The notes beneath the pieces were generated by a model that ran no database searches, was not told the origin of the DNA, and worked only from the letters and a program-made list of their open reading frames with translations. A stretch of 63,316 nucleotides of DNA, filler included, from Circinaria calcarea (taxonomy: Eukaryota): assembly GCA_051942165.1 (NCBI GenBank). It is 34 parts of 34 records of this genome, joined end to end, with 100 filler letters (N's around TTAATTAATTAA, not from the genome) between each part and the next. Parts side by side here need not be neighbours in the genome. Positions count along the whole stretch, not along the records: positions 35,596 to 37,357 come from JAVECS010004255.1; positions 37,458 to 39,219 come from JAVECS010004256.1; positions 39,320 to 41,080 come from JAVECS010004257.1; positions 41,181 to 42,940 come from JAVECS010004258.1; positions 43,041 to 44,798 come from JAVECS010004259.1; positions 44,899 to 46,653 come from JAVECS010004260.1; positions 46,754 to 48,508 come from JAVECS010004261.1; 27 more parts are not named here. One strand, written 5' to 3'. Below are positions 35,746 through 48,016 of the stretch, piece by piece; the first letter of the stretch is position 1, and every line of letters begins with the position of its first letter. The position numbers and the translations under genes were made by a program.

Positions 35746-36956
35746 GACTATTGCTTTTAAACAAGCTCTCTCGTTACCTATAAGGCTTTGCTGGTTGGAA
35801 AAAAGCAAGAAGAAAAAAAGCCGATAGCTTGGGTACCTGTTGCTGTTAGGGGCATTTAAGAAGTCTTAATTTTCAATGCTCTTAAGGAGCTTGGGTAAGC
35901 ATCTCCCCAGTCCGGGGTCAATCTATCGATTGGTCAAAGTCGAAATTTGGCTTCTACCTCACCCGAACCCCCGCCATGTACATCCCGAAGTAGATCATAG
36001 CTGAGAAAAACATAGGCCGAGTTGATGATGTACATATGCATGTGGCTTCATCCTTTAGCACTCGTGCTACCTTCCCGAGTTACAGAAGCCAGTCGGAGTT
36101 CGTATTTGGTGGCGTAGAAGTCGGAGAGCTAAAACCACGCGTATGATGCAGGTTTGCGCTATTTCGTTGGGGATTAAGCCTAGCAAATCGTATCGTATGA
36201 CGGGTCAGACAAGCGTCAGCATTCGTGCAATGCTTACGGCTCGGAAGGAGTTGGAAGGGCGGTGTGGAACGTTGTTTGGACATGATAACGGAAGTCAGCG
36301 AAAAGGGAAATCAGTCCGCGTGGGGGTGGTGGCGGCCTTACAGCTGTGGAACACTCGCAGTTGCAGCGCCGATTGGCGTGGCCTTAAAACATTGAATTGA
36401 TCACCAGCCATTGTTTATTGCTAACATGCTGCCTTAAGTCTCGACGATGAGGCCGTGGCTGGTGGAGGTTCGGATCGCCCCCGCAGTGCGTTTAGTGCCT
36501 CGTCCACTCGGATTCGTTCCTGTCGCTTCCCGAACGCCAAAGTAACCCAAATGTTTGCTCATTCTGGTGCCTACCTTCCTCTTCAAATAGCACACAGCAA
36601 ACAGCACACAGCATATCAGTTGCACAGGCTGAGGTGGGAACCCGCAACGCATGTGGCTGGTGTCTCAGATACCCTCGGGATATTGTCCTCCAAAGCTACT
36701 GGATAGCCAACAATGCCTTTTCCCTCCCACCGCGAAAAGGAGTCGAGACGTCTCACATTCTTGGGATATGGCAGAAGCCTGGTTCCCTTTGTTTCCAACG
36801 AGGCTTTACTCTCTCCGTGACATTTCAACACCATTTGGTCAAGCTGTATCTCTAAATGCTAATATACAGAGATTTCATTAGGGTAGGCATCGGCTACCTA
36901 CAGAATTTCTGACCGGGCTGCTTGAAGCTGTTGTGATCACTAAATCGTTGATTACA

Positions 36957-37357
36957 ATGGCCGCACAGCCAAATAGCAAGGAAAATGTATACGACTACAT
37001 TATCTGCGGGTATCCATTCCGATGGCTCACCTTACCGGTCAACAGTTGACATTAGTACAGTGGAGGCACAGCCGGCTGCGTCATTGCTGGTCGTCTTGCA
37101 GAGGATCCCACAGTAGCAATCCTCGTCGTCGAGGCTGGAAGTAGTAATGAAAAGGTCCCATACTCTGCTATACCGGCTGGGTAAGCTTGCTTTATACAAC
37201 CTCAACGTCGAACTACCCTGACTAGATTTGAAGAGTTTCTCAGATCCTCGGTACTGATGCCGACTGGAATATCCAAAGTCAGCCATGTTCGCAGCTGGGA
37301 AATCGCGAAATTCATTTGGCCCGAGGAAAGTATGTTGTGGGTACGCTGCTTAGGAGG
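36957..37357 (+). CDS. GMC oxidoreductase, N-terminal FAD-binding exons
   Basis: YDYIICG|GGTAGCVIAGRLAED...ILVVEAG...IPAG|VSQILGTDADWN...HLARGK| with canonical introns. Confidence 0.9.
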
Positions 37358-37457
37358 NNNNNNNNNNNNNNNNNNNNNNNNNNNNNNNNNNNNNNNNNNN
37401 NTTAATTAATTAANNNNNNNNNNNNNNNNNNNNNNNNNNNNNNNNNNNNNNNNNNNN

Positions 37458-38066
37458 GACTTGAACTCAAAGGAGCCATTGTATCCCGCAAGGTAGCCGG
37501 AGAGACCAACAAGCATTTTACCAAGAGGAGGATGCACGTCAAAGTAGAACTCGCGCTTAAGGTAGTGAGAGCCAAATTTTCCGAAGCTGATGGGCAAACG
37601 CATATTAGCTTTGGTCCACAAATCTCACCAGCTACGCTATCCCATGCACAGCTTCTCATTTCTGTGAGGCCGATCTCTGAAACACTTACTGGGCTTCATC
37701 CCACGTCACTATAGGCGACAAGCCTATCCGGTACATCCTCGTGAAGAAGGAAAGAAACGTGAAAATTATGGGTGCGTAGAGGAACTCCCATTCGTCAAGT
37801 ATCGCCAACATTGATTGTGGAGGCTACTCGATAACACACCTGTTAGCAAGAACGTTGACCTCAAGCTTCACAGGCAGCCTGAAGGGACCGTTTGTCCGGA
37901 AGGGTGTCATAGCGATATATACCTTTCGCGACTTTTTGTCGTCATATGTCTCGGGAGAATATGTGATATCCCCATTGCTGCCATTTTCACCGGGTACATT
38001 TCTCCTCCTCATGTCATGATTATCTCGCGCTGTGCCCGTTGAGTGACTTGTCGGAAGATTGGCCAT
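37458..38066 (-). CDS. PMT2: Dol-P-Man:protein O-mannosyltransferase, PMT2 subfamily; 3'-truncated
   Basis: [58 protein letters not shown]. Confidence 0.93.
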
Positions 38067-38729
38067 GTTGTCGCCCGATGGTAGTAGAGATTGCTTGTAT
38101 GCGCGAAGATTCGTAGATAGGAAGCAAAGTAAGGAAGTAGCTGGACGTATGAAGGGGTGACGGCCAAGGGGGAAGCCGGGTAGTCGTTGAACTGACTCGT
38201 AATGAACGTGGAGAAGGTGTAGACTAGAAAGTCGTGAGTCCCGTTACCATTGACGAAGCACGGCTGGATGCGAAGTCAGCCATGTGCTTGGTGACGCTGC
38301 TGCTATGTGGGTTGTTAGGCTCAAGGTCAACGTTTCCTTTCGAACTGCCAGGCCAAAGCTTTCGGACCTTTTGGCGCTAGTAGTTCAAGAAACAAGCGAG
38401 ACAGGGGTTCCAGGTAGATCCTACAGCTGTCACTGAAAAAAAGGAGGGCGATGCGAAGGTACCGAGAAGTAGAAATATCCATAACTTTAGTGGTCGAGAA
38501 TTGATTGGCTTTTGCTGCTGTTAAGGCAAGCTTATGGGATAAGTGTATGTCATTCTCTGACCTGAAGACAGATGATTATATACGCGGTTCTACGCCAACT
38601 GCCTCGCAGCAGGTGGTATCCTCCAATCTTGGAGGAGAAACATACTTCTAGGGAATCCTTGGGTCGTCAGGCAAAATTCCAATCCTTCCTTCTATATCGC
38701 TCAAACGGGTATCTCTCACAACACGCTCT

Positions 38730-39219
38730 TCAATCGTCTCCTTGACCTAGCCGTCTATACACTCCCGCTCCACCACCGCCTCCCTTGCCGTCACCCTTAC
38801 CCCGATTCACCATGCGTGATATCCAGCCACCAATACCCTCGTTCCGTGATTGTGTCTGCGGAGGTCTTCCTTTGGAACTCTCCGCATCACCGTTGGGCGG
38901 GTTGATGTCAAGACCAGGGATTGCGCTATCCGCACCAAAGTTACCCGGTCGACCTCGGATATCCAGGGATGGTACCGGTGATCTAGCCATCAGTGACTCG
39001 ACCTCGGCGTGTTGAGCAGGCGTTGGCATTGCCGTGGTAGCGTCGCCGAAAAGCTGATCCATATCTTCCAATCGAACATTCGCCGTTTCTGGATAAATAA
39101 AGTACACTGTGTTTCATCAGCACTCGCACGAGATTTGGGCAGGATCGGTTTTCTTACCAAGAACGAAACTGACAGCACAGAAGAACGCATGTACAAGGTA
39201 TAAGCGCCATTTGATCCAC
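38730..39219 (-). CDS. MFS sugar (monosaccharide) transporter, C-terminal fragment
   Basis: WRLYLVHAFFCAVSFVL|VYFIYPETANVRLEDMDQLFGD (PET motif after TM12). Confidence 0.88.
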
Positions 39220-39319
39220 NNNNNNNNNNNNNNNNNNNNNNNNNNNNNNNNNNNNNNNNNNNNTTAATTAATTAANNNNNNNNNNNNNNNNNNNNNNNNN
39301 NNNNNNNNNNNNNNNNNNN

Positions 39320-40200
39320 GATTTATCTAATTCCCTGTTCGTGGCTGTGGTTGCATTCCCTTCACTAAAATGTCTAAACGAATGAACATTCTCCTGCGGG
39401 TAATCAGGATCATCGTCAGCGGTTAGACCATATTCAAGGTCTTCGATAGACTTGTCAGAAGTTCTAGACAGACGGTTTGACTGGGCTGTTTCGGTCGGGC
39501 TAAGATACATTGATTCATTTTCGCGATCCTCATCAGCAAAATCATCTGGAGGTACTTGAGTACTCGGGAACGGCATGTGTAGTAGGCCGTCACTAGATTC
39601 GCCATTGTTGACTTTTTCCGCCACACCTCGCAGCTGATGTGTATACCAGCTAGTGTCTGTTTGATCCCGGTAACCAGCGCGCTGGCTGTTACGCTGACTT
39701 ATCACACTGCCATTATCGAATCCAAGAATCTGTTGCCCAACCCCCTCGTCTACTACCCTGTAGTTTTCCCAGGGCAAAAGTTTGCCAGCAGCAACGCTGT
39801 CTACCACCCATGCCGGCTTGACAATCCGGTATTTTCGAAACTCGACTTTCTTTCTGGGGGTAAGGTTGCTGGCAATTATGTGGGTAACTGTCGTTTTGCC
39901 GTCCAGATATTGCATAAAGCCACCGCCATGATCGACGATCAACGTGTGAAGGTCGTTCAACGAGGGTTGTGTGTAGCCGTTGACGTGCGCAACAACACCA
40001 CGGAAGATGCGGGGATTATCTGAAGCTGACGAACGACGTTCGGCGTCAAGATTTTGGAGCTTGATTTTCTTTCTGCGGAAATAGTCGTTGAAGCCGCCAA
40101 ATTTGGAACCTTGGTATTCTTCTCCCTCCTCATCCTCGAATCTGTGCTTTTCAATCCTCTTTCTCACAGCGCTCGAATTGGCCTCTAGCCTAGATCCCAT
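39320..40200 (-). CDS. REV1: Translesion DNA polymerase Rev1, N-terminal BRCT region; 3'-truncated
   Basis: FGGFNDYFRRKKIKLQ, IFRGVVAHVNGYTQPS, HGGGF, THIIASNL and IVKPAWVVDSVAAGKLLPW. Confidence 0.95.
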
Positions 40201-40599
40201 TTGCGATCGGAGACAAGGACTTTCAACGGTTGACAGGTAGTACTCCGGGATAAGTGTAAAGACATGACAGCTTCAATATCGCATTGGCATTTGCAGTTAC
40301 ATTTGGCCGTACCTCTTCACCTTTACTAATTAATGATAGGCGCATCTAACGGTGTCGCGTGGGGAAAGTGTCGTTCCTTCTACGCTACTTCATTTTCAGA
40401 CTAGGGGCTCAGTCCACCAGCCTCACAGAGCTAATCGATACACTCGCGAAAAAAAAGTTCGAACATTTCCGTCAACACAGCAGTACCACTGCTTTGCAAT
40501 CGCAAAACTTGATATCTGCTTTTCAACTTCAAAAACCCCCTTGAACTCTTCCAGCACTTACATCTCTAATCTTCAAGCCTACACTCGATTTCCTTTGCA

Positions 40600-41080
40600 A
40601 TGGCCAGTCTTCTACCTGCAGCAGTCTACGGACTGGAGGTTCCGTGTGGTATGCTATGCAAGCGAGATGAAATATGAGGAGCATTCTTTCTGATCATCCA
40701 ACAGGTGATCTGATGGTACCAGCATCAGTCGCTGGCTTCCCCGCATCGGTGCTTAGCCCTTCTCTTGGACCGCTGAGATTGCGCCAGTTCTTCAATACTT
40801 ACATGTTCTAGTTTCGCATTACGATGGCTGCTCTCGATCCGACTGCTGCTCCAGAACTCTCGGGGACTGCCAGTGAGCACATGCCGCCGAGAGCTACACT
40901 AAAGCTCATTCGCCAACCTCTCGAGTCGAATGACTCTAGTGACTCCGATGTCGATTCAGAGGAAGAAGCTTTTCTGAATAAAATGCTGAACGGTGTTGGC
41001 TCTGATGAAGATGATGAGGAATCCTCAGACGATGAAGAGGAGAAGAACGGCGGACCAAGTGATCCAGCGAAGTCCAAGAA
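40600..41080 (+). CDS. FPR4: Nucleolar FK506-binding protein (Fpr3/Fpr4), nucleoplasmin-like N-terminus; 3'-truncated
   Basis: MASLLPAAVYGLEVPC|GDLMVPAS...|FRITMAALDP...PRATLKLIR, acidic tracts and NGGPSDPAKSK. Confidence 0.88.
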
Positions 41081-41180
41081 NNNNNNNNNNNNNNNNNNNN
41101 NNNNNNNNNNNNNNNNNNNNNNNNTTAATTAATTAANNNNNNNNNNNNNNNNNNNNNNNNNNNNNNNNNNNNNNNNNNNN

Positions 41181-41445
41181 ATGGGCTGGATGTACGGATG
41201 ACAGGCAACGTCGATATTGGATGCTAACAAAAGTGAGCATCGAGTAAATCAAAAACAACGATACAGACATCCACCAAAAGAGACTGGACGTGATCAGACC
41301 GCCTATGACGCACCAAACGTAGTGTTTTGTTGATACTAAGACAAGCAAGCTAACAATGCTGCAGCTCTACACCGAATTTTTCAAAAAGTGGGAGGCATTC
41401 AAGGACATTATCATTGCTCTCGAATGGACGAAGCCACGCAGCTAG
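41181..41445 (+). CDS. Probable 3' exons of an unidentified gene
   Basis: GCTAAC branch points and acceptors; last exon LYTEFFKKWEAFKDIIIALEWTKPRS*. Confidence 0.35.
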
Positions 41446-42184
41446 AATACGGGGGATCTCTTTTTGGGGGCTTCAGAACATGTCATGTTGAGATCATGCT
41501 GCTCCAGGGAGCAATCATCCTCTTCCTATTATAACAAATCGATACTCTTCGTACCGTTCATCACCAGCCCATAGACAATTCCTTTAACGCTCACCATTGC
41601 AGTGCACTGATAGTGTTCCCAAAACTACTAGCGCCGAATCGCCATTTTAGCTCAGCCTTGTCGCTTAAGCCTTGGGATATTTGAATCTTTTCCAAACTAG
41701 ACGTTTCGATTTTTTTTTCTTTTCTTCTTTCTTCGTGCGGCCGATACAACTCAACACCCGTGTTGCCTGGACATCCTACTTTTTCAATGGTGTATTCCAA
41801 GCGTCAGTTGTATCCCAGATTGATGAATTGCACGTCGGTCTCTCCCTCGCCATTGCGTGTTTCCGGAGCGCTTTCGCCGGAAACGCTTGAGGTTGAGACT
41901 GAACAGGAAAGTTTGAGGGTCTATACAGTGAAGGGAGGAAGGGCTTATGAGTACAACAATGTCATGGAACCTAAAGAGGATGCAGAGAGCGACGAGGTAT
42001 TGGAGCATGTTTGTGGGAATTAGTCAAAAGGAGATTGCCTCGAGAAAATGGTGTATGGTCATAATCTTCAGAGTCATACATATCGAAGCTTTTATTCTAC
42101 AGCTTTCGTCAAATCTTCGTAGTATCTCTCTGTATTGTGCCATCCACCAAGACGCCTGGAAAATGCCATACAACTCTGCTAGTC

Positions 42185-42940
42185 CTACTCTCCTGACTGA
42201 TCTCCGATCTTTTCTAGCCTCCCCAATTCCCTCTTCTCCCCAGTTTCGCCGATGATCCTCATCCGGTCTATCCTTACTTTCTCTCCGCTCCCTTCACCAT
42301 CTACCACGAATATCACCAGGGAAGTCACATTCTGGAACTTGACAAAGCGCAGCTCGATCTTTGCCGTGCCTGTTTTCGCATCCCAATCTTGCGGGCTTAG
42401 CGTAATGGACTGGGTCGCCGGGATGTCTTCTGCCTCTTCGAAACCCAACACATGTGCCCGATTCGAGTATATTTGTATCGTTTTCGGCCTCATAGGTACG
42501 TCGTCCGCGTCCTCCACTGACGAACTTGGGGGGAGTGAGGTAATATGTAGGCTATGAACCTTGAGGGTCGCTTGAAAAGGAACATACAGCATGAGCTGCT
42601 CATCCGTATCGGTTTCCACCCAATCCTTCTTATCCTCATCCTTTGACTTACTTTTGCCGTTCCCACTCCCAAGTGCAGATGGCTTGCTCGAGTCGAATAG
42701 CGTTCTTGCATTGCCGAAGTCGCTGTCAGCGTTCAACAAATCTAGACCCCTGACGTCCACCTGATCCGTAACATCTTCGTATCCTCGAGGTAGGTTTGCC
42801 CCTAACCACTCCGCGCTACCACTTGCTTCTCCATAGCCTCCCGAGGCCGATGAACCGTCCGAGTCAGCTTCTGCCGCCAACTTCTTGACTGCGTCTGACA
42901 GCTTGCGTGGATCGGCGCCTTGTATAGTATCGACGACTTG
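42185..42940 (-). CDS. TXNL1: Thioredoxin-like protein with PITH domain; 5'-truncated
   Basis: IQGADPRKL (end of the Trx domain), then ETDTDEQLMLYVPFQ, RPKTIQIYSNR and LRFVKFQNVTSLVIFV. Confidence 0.9.
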   Translation of the reverse strand, partial: QVVDTIQGADPRKLSDAVKKLAAEADSDGSSASGGYGEASGSAEWLGANLPRGYEDVTDQVDVRGLDLLNADSDFGNARTLFDSSKPSALGSGNGKSKSKDEDKKDWVETDTDEQLMLYVPFQATLKVHSLHITSLPPSSSVEDADDVPMRPKTIQIYSNRAHVLGFEEAEDIPATQSITLSPQDWDAKTGTAKIELRFVKFQNVTSLVIFVVDGEGSGEKVRIDRMRIIGETGEKRELGRLEKIGDQSGE

Positions 42941-43040
42941 NNNNNNNNNNNNNNNNNNNNNNNNNNNNNNNNNNNNNNNNNNNNTTAATTAATTAANNNN
43001 NNNNNNNNNNNNNNNNNNNNNNNNNNNNNNNNNNNNNNNN

Positions 43041-44211
43041 ACCTACGTCTCTGCAGAGCCCCGGTGAGGTCATCAGCCACCGTACTCTAGGTGCTATAGC
43101 TAGTGGAGACGAAGCCGATACAGAGGGCGAAATCGATGGCTCCGCGCTGAAGACTCGGGGTCCCCTAACAACATACCGAGATTTTGAAAGCGAGAAACCA
43201 CAGTCGTCTCCCAAGTCCCTTGGGACCAAGTCAAAGAAAAGAAGAAATAAAAAGCATCGCAAGACCGATAATCTCGATGAGAAAGAGCCTATAATATCGG
43301 AAAAAGCCACTCCAGTACCTGAGGGTCCTCTGAAGCCGCAAGTATCACCTGCTTCACAGCGTGTTACTTTTGTGCAAGACGTACAGATTATGCCTGATAA
43401 TTCACCCAAGCGCCCATTCAACATTCGAGGCATTTCCGTTCTACCGACGATGCCAAAAATGTTGACCTCCACGGTTTTCTCGGCTGCAAATCCGTCAGGA
43501 TTAACAGGCAGTAGACCACCTGTTCCCGTAATTGTTCCTCGTGCTCCGTTCGGCCTTCGTCGGACCAACTCTCTCCCAGATCGTTTGGATAAGACCCAGT
43601 CGGCCCCAACGACACAACTGCAGGCTCACCTTGCTCCCGTTACTGCTACTTCGCTCTCTCTTCATTCTGACGACAGCGCCAAAGTCAAGAAATACATATC
43701 TCGCAAAGCGGCTGTAATTCTCTTATTGATCTCAACGGCACTGGTGGCAGTTTGTGCCGAGTTTCTTGTCGCCAACATTAATTACCTGGTCAACCACACT
43801 AGTGTTAGTGAAGCTTTTATTGGGCTGATCATTTTACCGATCGTGGGTAATGCTGCTGAGCACGTTACGGCCGTCACAGTTGCCAGTAAGAACAAGATGG
43901 ATCTAGCAATTGGGGTGGCCGTTGGCTCCAGCATCCAGATTGCGCTTTTCGTGACGCCAGTGATCGTCTTACTTGGTTGGGCTCTGGAAAAGGATATGAG
44001 CTTGTACTTTTCTTTATTCGAGACTATTTCCCTCTTCGTCTCGGCGTTTATTGTCAACTTTTTAGTTCTGGATGGGCGAAGCAATTACCTTGAAGGTGCA
44101 TTGTTGATCGCTGCGTACGTTATCATCGCTGTTGCAGCCTTCTTTTACCCCGATTCAAGTCAGCAAAGCTCGATTGGCGGAGCGCCGTCTGAAATGGCAA
44201 TGATATTTTGA
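43041..44211 (+). CDS. Ca2+/H+ exchanger (CAX/VCX1 family) with a long cytosolic loop; 5'-truncated
   Basis: FIGLIILPIVGNAAEH, KNKMDLAIGVAVGSSIQIALF and DGRSNYLEG. Confidence 0.93.
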
Positions 44212-45144
44212 GCTCGAGGAGACTCCAGGGAGGATTAAGTTCAGGGCAATGGAGTTTTGACGGACGGTCCTTACAATAGGACATTCTTACAGTAGTCAGC
44301 TTTGCTGAGGGAGCTATAGTACCACGATCAAGCTAAAACCGATGCGGACAATGCATGATATGTTACTCCCCTTTTCCTCCGACCGTCCACTATCATCTCT
44401 TTACTATCAGCATCAGCAGCCTGTGTAAACAATTCTTAACAGTAGTAAAAGAAAATTGAAGATAAATGCCAAGTCGCTCATCTTCCAGACTAATTGATTA
44501 CCCCCCTTGCCGCGGAATACATTTTCTTTGACAGACGTACGTCTCGAGTATTATATTTAAAAAAAAAAAGGGTTGCAAGGGAAAAAAAGCTCCGCAAACT
44601 CCGCAAACTCAGCTTCCGATGGATGATGACATAGACTGAGGGGAGGACTCGGAGGAAGCACTAGTAGGCAAAAGTCATGAAGAAATTACATTTATCCTAT
44701 TTCCAGCAAGCAACCTTGGAGTATATTTTTCAAGACTTGTTTATTCTTTGTGGACGTTTTTAATTTTGTATTTTTAAAATGGAGATGTGGAATTAAAANN
44801 NNNNNNNNNNNNNNNNNNNNNNNNNNNNNNNNNNNNNNNNNNTTAATTAATTAANNNNNNNNNNNNNNNNNNNNNNNNNNNNNNNNNNNNNNNNNNNNAT
44901 GCCCCACTCTAAGTATATGCCTATACCACGCCCCATGCTACACCTAATATTAAGCCCAGAGTCATGCTAAATACTATGCTTTTTATACGACGCCTGCTGC
45001 TCCATTCTATGCAATATTAATTTATAATTTGTTTCAGGGACTTGCACGCTCGCGCGCGTTTTACCAATAACATAGCTGCAGCATATTCTAAAGCATGGTG
45101 GCCCTAAGAAGTACACTACGCTGAATATGGTAGATTTTTCCTAT

Positions 45145-45210
45145 TCGAGCGAAAAGCTAGGCCCGATTGAGCGAGAAACTAGGCTAGATCGAGCGATAAG
45201 CTAAACCTAA
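45145..45210. repeat. Degenerate 22-bp tandem repeat, 3 copies
   Basis: TCGAGCGAAAAGCTAGGCCCGA / TTGAGCGAGAAACTAGGCTAGA / TCGAGCGATAAGCTAAACCTAA. Confidence 0.7.
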
Positions 45211-45681
45211 TAAGGTAGTTTTTATGAGAACACCGCAAAATTTTGGTTCGGTTCGGGAAATCTTACGCCGAAGTTAAACCCTTCCGCTTCGTTTCAGGGC
45301 ATTTCCGGAAAATCGTAAATATACTCCGGGTTATGCGCTTGTAGTAGGCCTCTGCTTTACCTTATTTTTATACCGTTGTGGTTGAGATTCCTGGGGTATA
45401 CCGGGGGGTTTGAAGAAATCACATTACGGATTGTTTTAAGTATATACATTCCGTGTTAAGCATAGCAAGGTCAACACGTCAGTTAGCAGGCAAATGATGA
45501 CATGGTATGGATATATTGATAAAACGCCGACCATTTGAGCAAAGTAATCAGAACGTTTACCGTGATCTCCGTATACTATGGTATTCGATCCTCGACAGCT
45601 CGGGTCGACCCTATTCTAGCATTGATCGGGACAAATCCCGATTTGCTGGAATACAGCTCTTTGTCTATTGGAAGCTGCAAA

Positions 45682-45819
45682 AGTACCGTGCCTTAACAGC
45701 TCGGGTCAACCCGTGGCTTAGAGCTTGCAGCTTCCAATAGGCAAGGAAGTATGCTCCAACTAGTCAGGAGTTCTTCCAATCAACTTTAGGGTTGACCCGG
45801 GCTGTCAAGGCACGGTACT
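45682..45819. mobile_element. MITE-like element with 31-bp terminal inverted repeats
   Basis: 45682-45712 AGTACCGTGCCTTAACAGCTCGGGTCAACCC versus the reverse complement of 45789-45819, AGTACCGTGCCTTGACAGCCCGGGTCAACCC: 29/31 identical, both mismatches transitions. Confidence 0.65.
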
Positions 45820-46308
45820 GCTTGTATAAACTTTCGCTAGGATCTCGGCGAATTACTGAAATGAAATCTCGTGAAAGCTACGGTGTAACTAAAAGTATAT
45901 GAAAACGAAATCTCGCAAGTTATTATAGTTGCGAGGTTTAGCTACAGCAGGCTACACTGCTTTAGAAGGGCGTATAAGCTATTCATAAGGCATTATTATT
46001 CTTAGAGTGTATATGCAGGTGGCGCTGCATTAACCATCGGCACTGGGTACTCCGTATACCAAGGAGGCGTGGGAGCCGAGTAATGCACAAAGGTTTACAA
46101 GGAGGTATTTTAATACGTCGGACAGCCTTTCTCAGCGACGAGAAGCTAAATAAGCCCCACAGCATTTAGATAGCAGAGGTCTTGCTTATAGCTTCCCTTT
46201 AATCACATATTCACAATTTGAACCAACTTTGAATCTCGTGGTACAAGATTTCAACGGCTCTTAAAACAGTCCCTGTCTGCGGCTAATACTTTATACGTTA
46301 GCATCGGC

Positions 46309-46653
46309 ATGTTTACAAGCTTCGTTGGCATCCCGTCCCGTTCGCCTCGTCCTGACCAGCCTGGGGCGTCTCCTGCCTCACCAACAACGCCGGCAAGGCC
46401 GAAGCGCAACCAGGTCGCCAGAGCTTGCGAGTGGTGCCGTGTACATCGCATCAAATGTGACAGCAATCACCCGTGCTCCAACTGCCAGAGTAGAGGTGGA
46501 GAGTGTAGCAATAAGGGGACGGGTGAAGTGCGGGCACTTCCCCACGCAATCAGGTCTGTCTTCCGCACCCTTATATAGGGCGCAGATTGACTGACGTCTA
46601 CTTAGAGAGTTTGAAAGACTGAGACTGTAGGTCAAGGAACTAGAGCAACAGCT
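46309..46653 (+). pseudogene. Zn(II)2Cys6 transcription factor 5' end with an in-frame TAG in exon 2 (pseudogene or base error)
   Basis: ARACEWCRVHRIKCDSNHPCSNCQSRGGEC, then an intron ending at 46605. Exon 2 reads EFERLRL*VKELEQQ, with TAG at 46628-46630. Confidence 0.7.
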
Positions 46654-48016
46654 NNNNNNNNNNNNNNNNNNNNNNNNNNNNNNNNNNNNNNNNNNNNTTA
46701 ATTAATTAANNNNNNNNNNNNNNNNNNNNNNNNNNNNNNNNNNNNNNNNNNNNCTATCATCCCTCCCCCCTGGGAAATTTTGCATCCTGTCCTGTTCTGT
46801 TCTGTCCTGTCCTTTTGGTGCTCCTCCCTTCCCCACCTCCCCCTCCTCAAAAACTCTTTTCCAATAGCAAAAGCAAAAGCAAAACCGATACCAACACAAA
46901 GGGGAAAAAACGATGGGAAAAAATGTTAAATATTGGATTCAGCATACTATAGAGGCCGAGTTCGGCATGGCATATAAGGGTTCGGTGCAGCACTACTGGC
47001 ACTAGTAGTAGCGTGTGTTGCAGAGTTTTCCTCTTGGTTTTGTACTCCCCGAACCATGGAACCTACACACCACAGCGAACATAGCATACATAGCCTATGC
47101 ATATTCCATACGAAGTACCCCATCTACTATTCGTATGCTACTGTTGACCTGGTGATTTAATAAAAAAGGGGTTTTTTCCGTTGTAAGGATCCTTTACGAA
47201 TAATATAGTGATCTTATGTATAAAGGTCGGTAAATTGTGTGATAATGTGCTCAATTGGTTCGCATAGCGTATAAATAATTGCTAAAGAATTCTGGTGTAA
47301 CGCTTCGCGAGGAAAAACCTTTCTCGCTAAGCTAACACCTCGTGACTTCGGTGTATAGTTCACCCGTAGGGTTCGTAGGGGTTCTCGGGTAGAGACCCTT
47401 ACACCTTGTCGTACGCCCGTGTGCAGTGACTGTAGTCATGGCTCATAGCGCCAGAGCACAAGTGTCACAAGTTGAGGGATGGATCATGGGGAAATGGGGG
47501 ACTTTTCAGAATTATAGGTACCGGTTGGTAGTGTAGGTACTATAGTATAATTAATGTAGTGGATTCATAAATTTCCCCCCCCCCTCCCTAAAAGAAAAAC
47601 AGAACAATGGCTAGCTAGCTAGCTAGCTGCCCTTTTGCTTGATTTTTCAAAATGGTAAATGGTAATGCAAAGATTAAAGTAATTAATTACAGGATGATTT
47701 AGAAAAGGAAACCCTTCCTCTTCCCTTCCCCTAACCCTATTTTTATCCCGGTTTCGCCTGAGATCCCCCCAGGGGGGCGGAAAAAGGGGTAGAGGGGGTT
47801 TTTCAAAAACGCTTGATGGATTGTCGTCGAGTGCCCTTTTCACAAGGTGAAATCCTCCTTGCTTCTTCTCTTTTTCCCTTCCTGAGTCAAACACGCTACG
47901 GAGTACTGAAAAGGACAGGAAGAGAGAGAGAGAGAGATATAAAGAGAGAGCAAATAAAACCAGACCCTTCCTTCCTCCCCCACCCATGACACTTTCCCAA
48001 AAGATTTCATTCCATT

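Noticed and set aside
22519..37357. GMC C-terminal fragment (22519-23540) and N-terminal fragment (36957-37357) as halves of one gene
   Set aside because: GMC is a large multigene family, and there is no overlap or linkage evidence.
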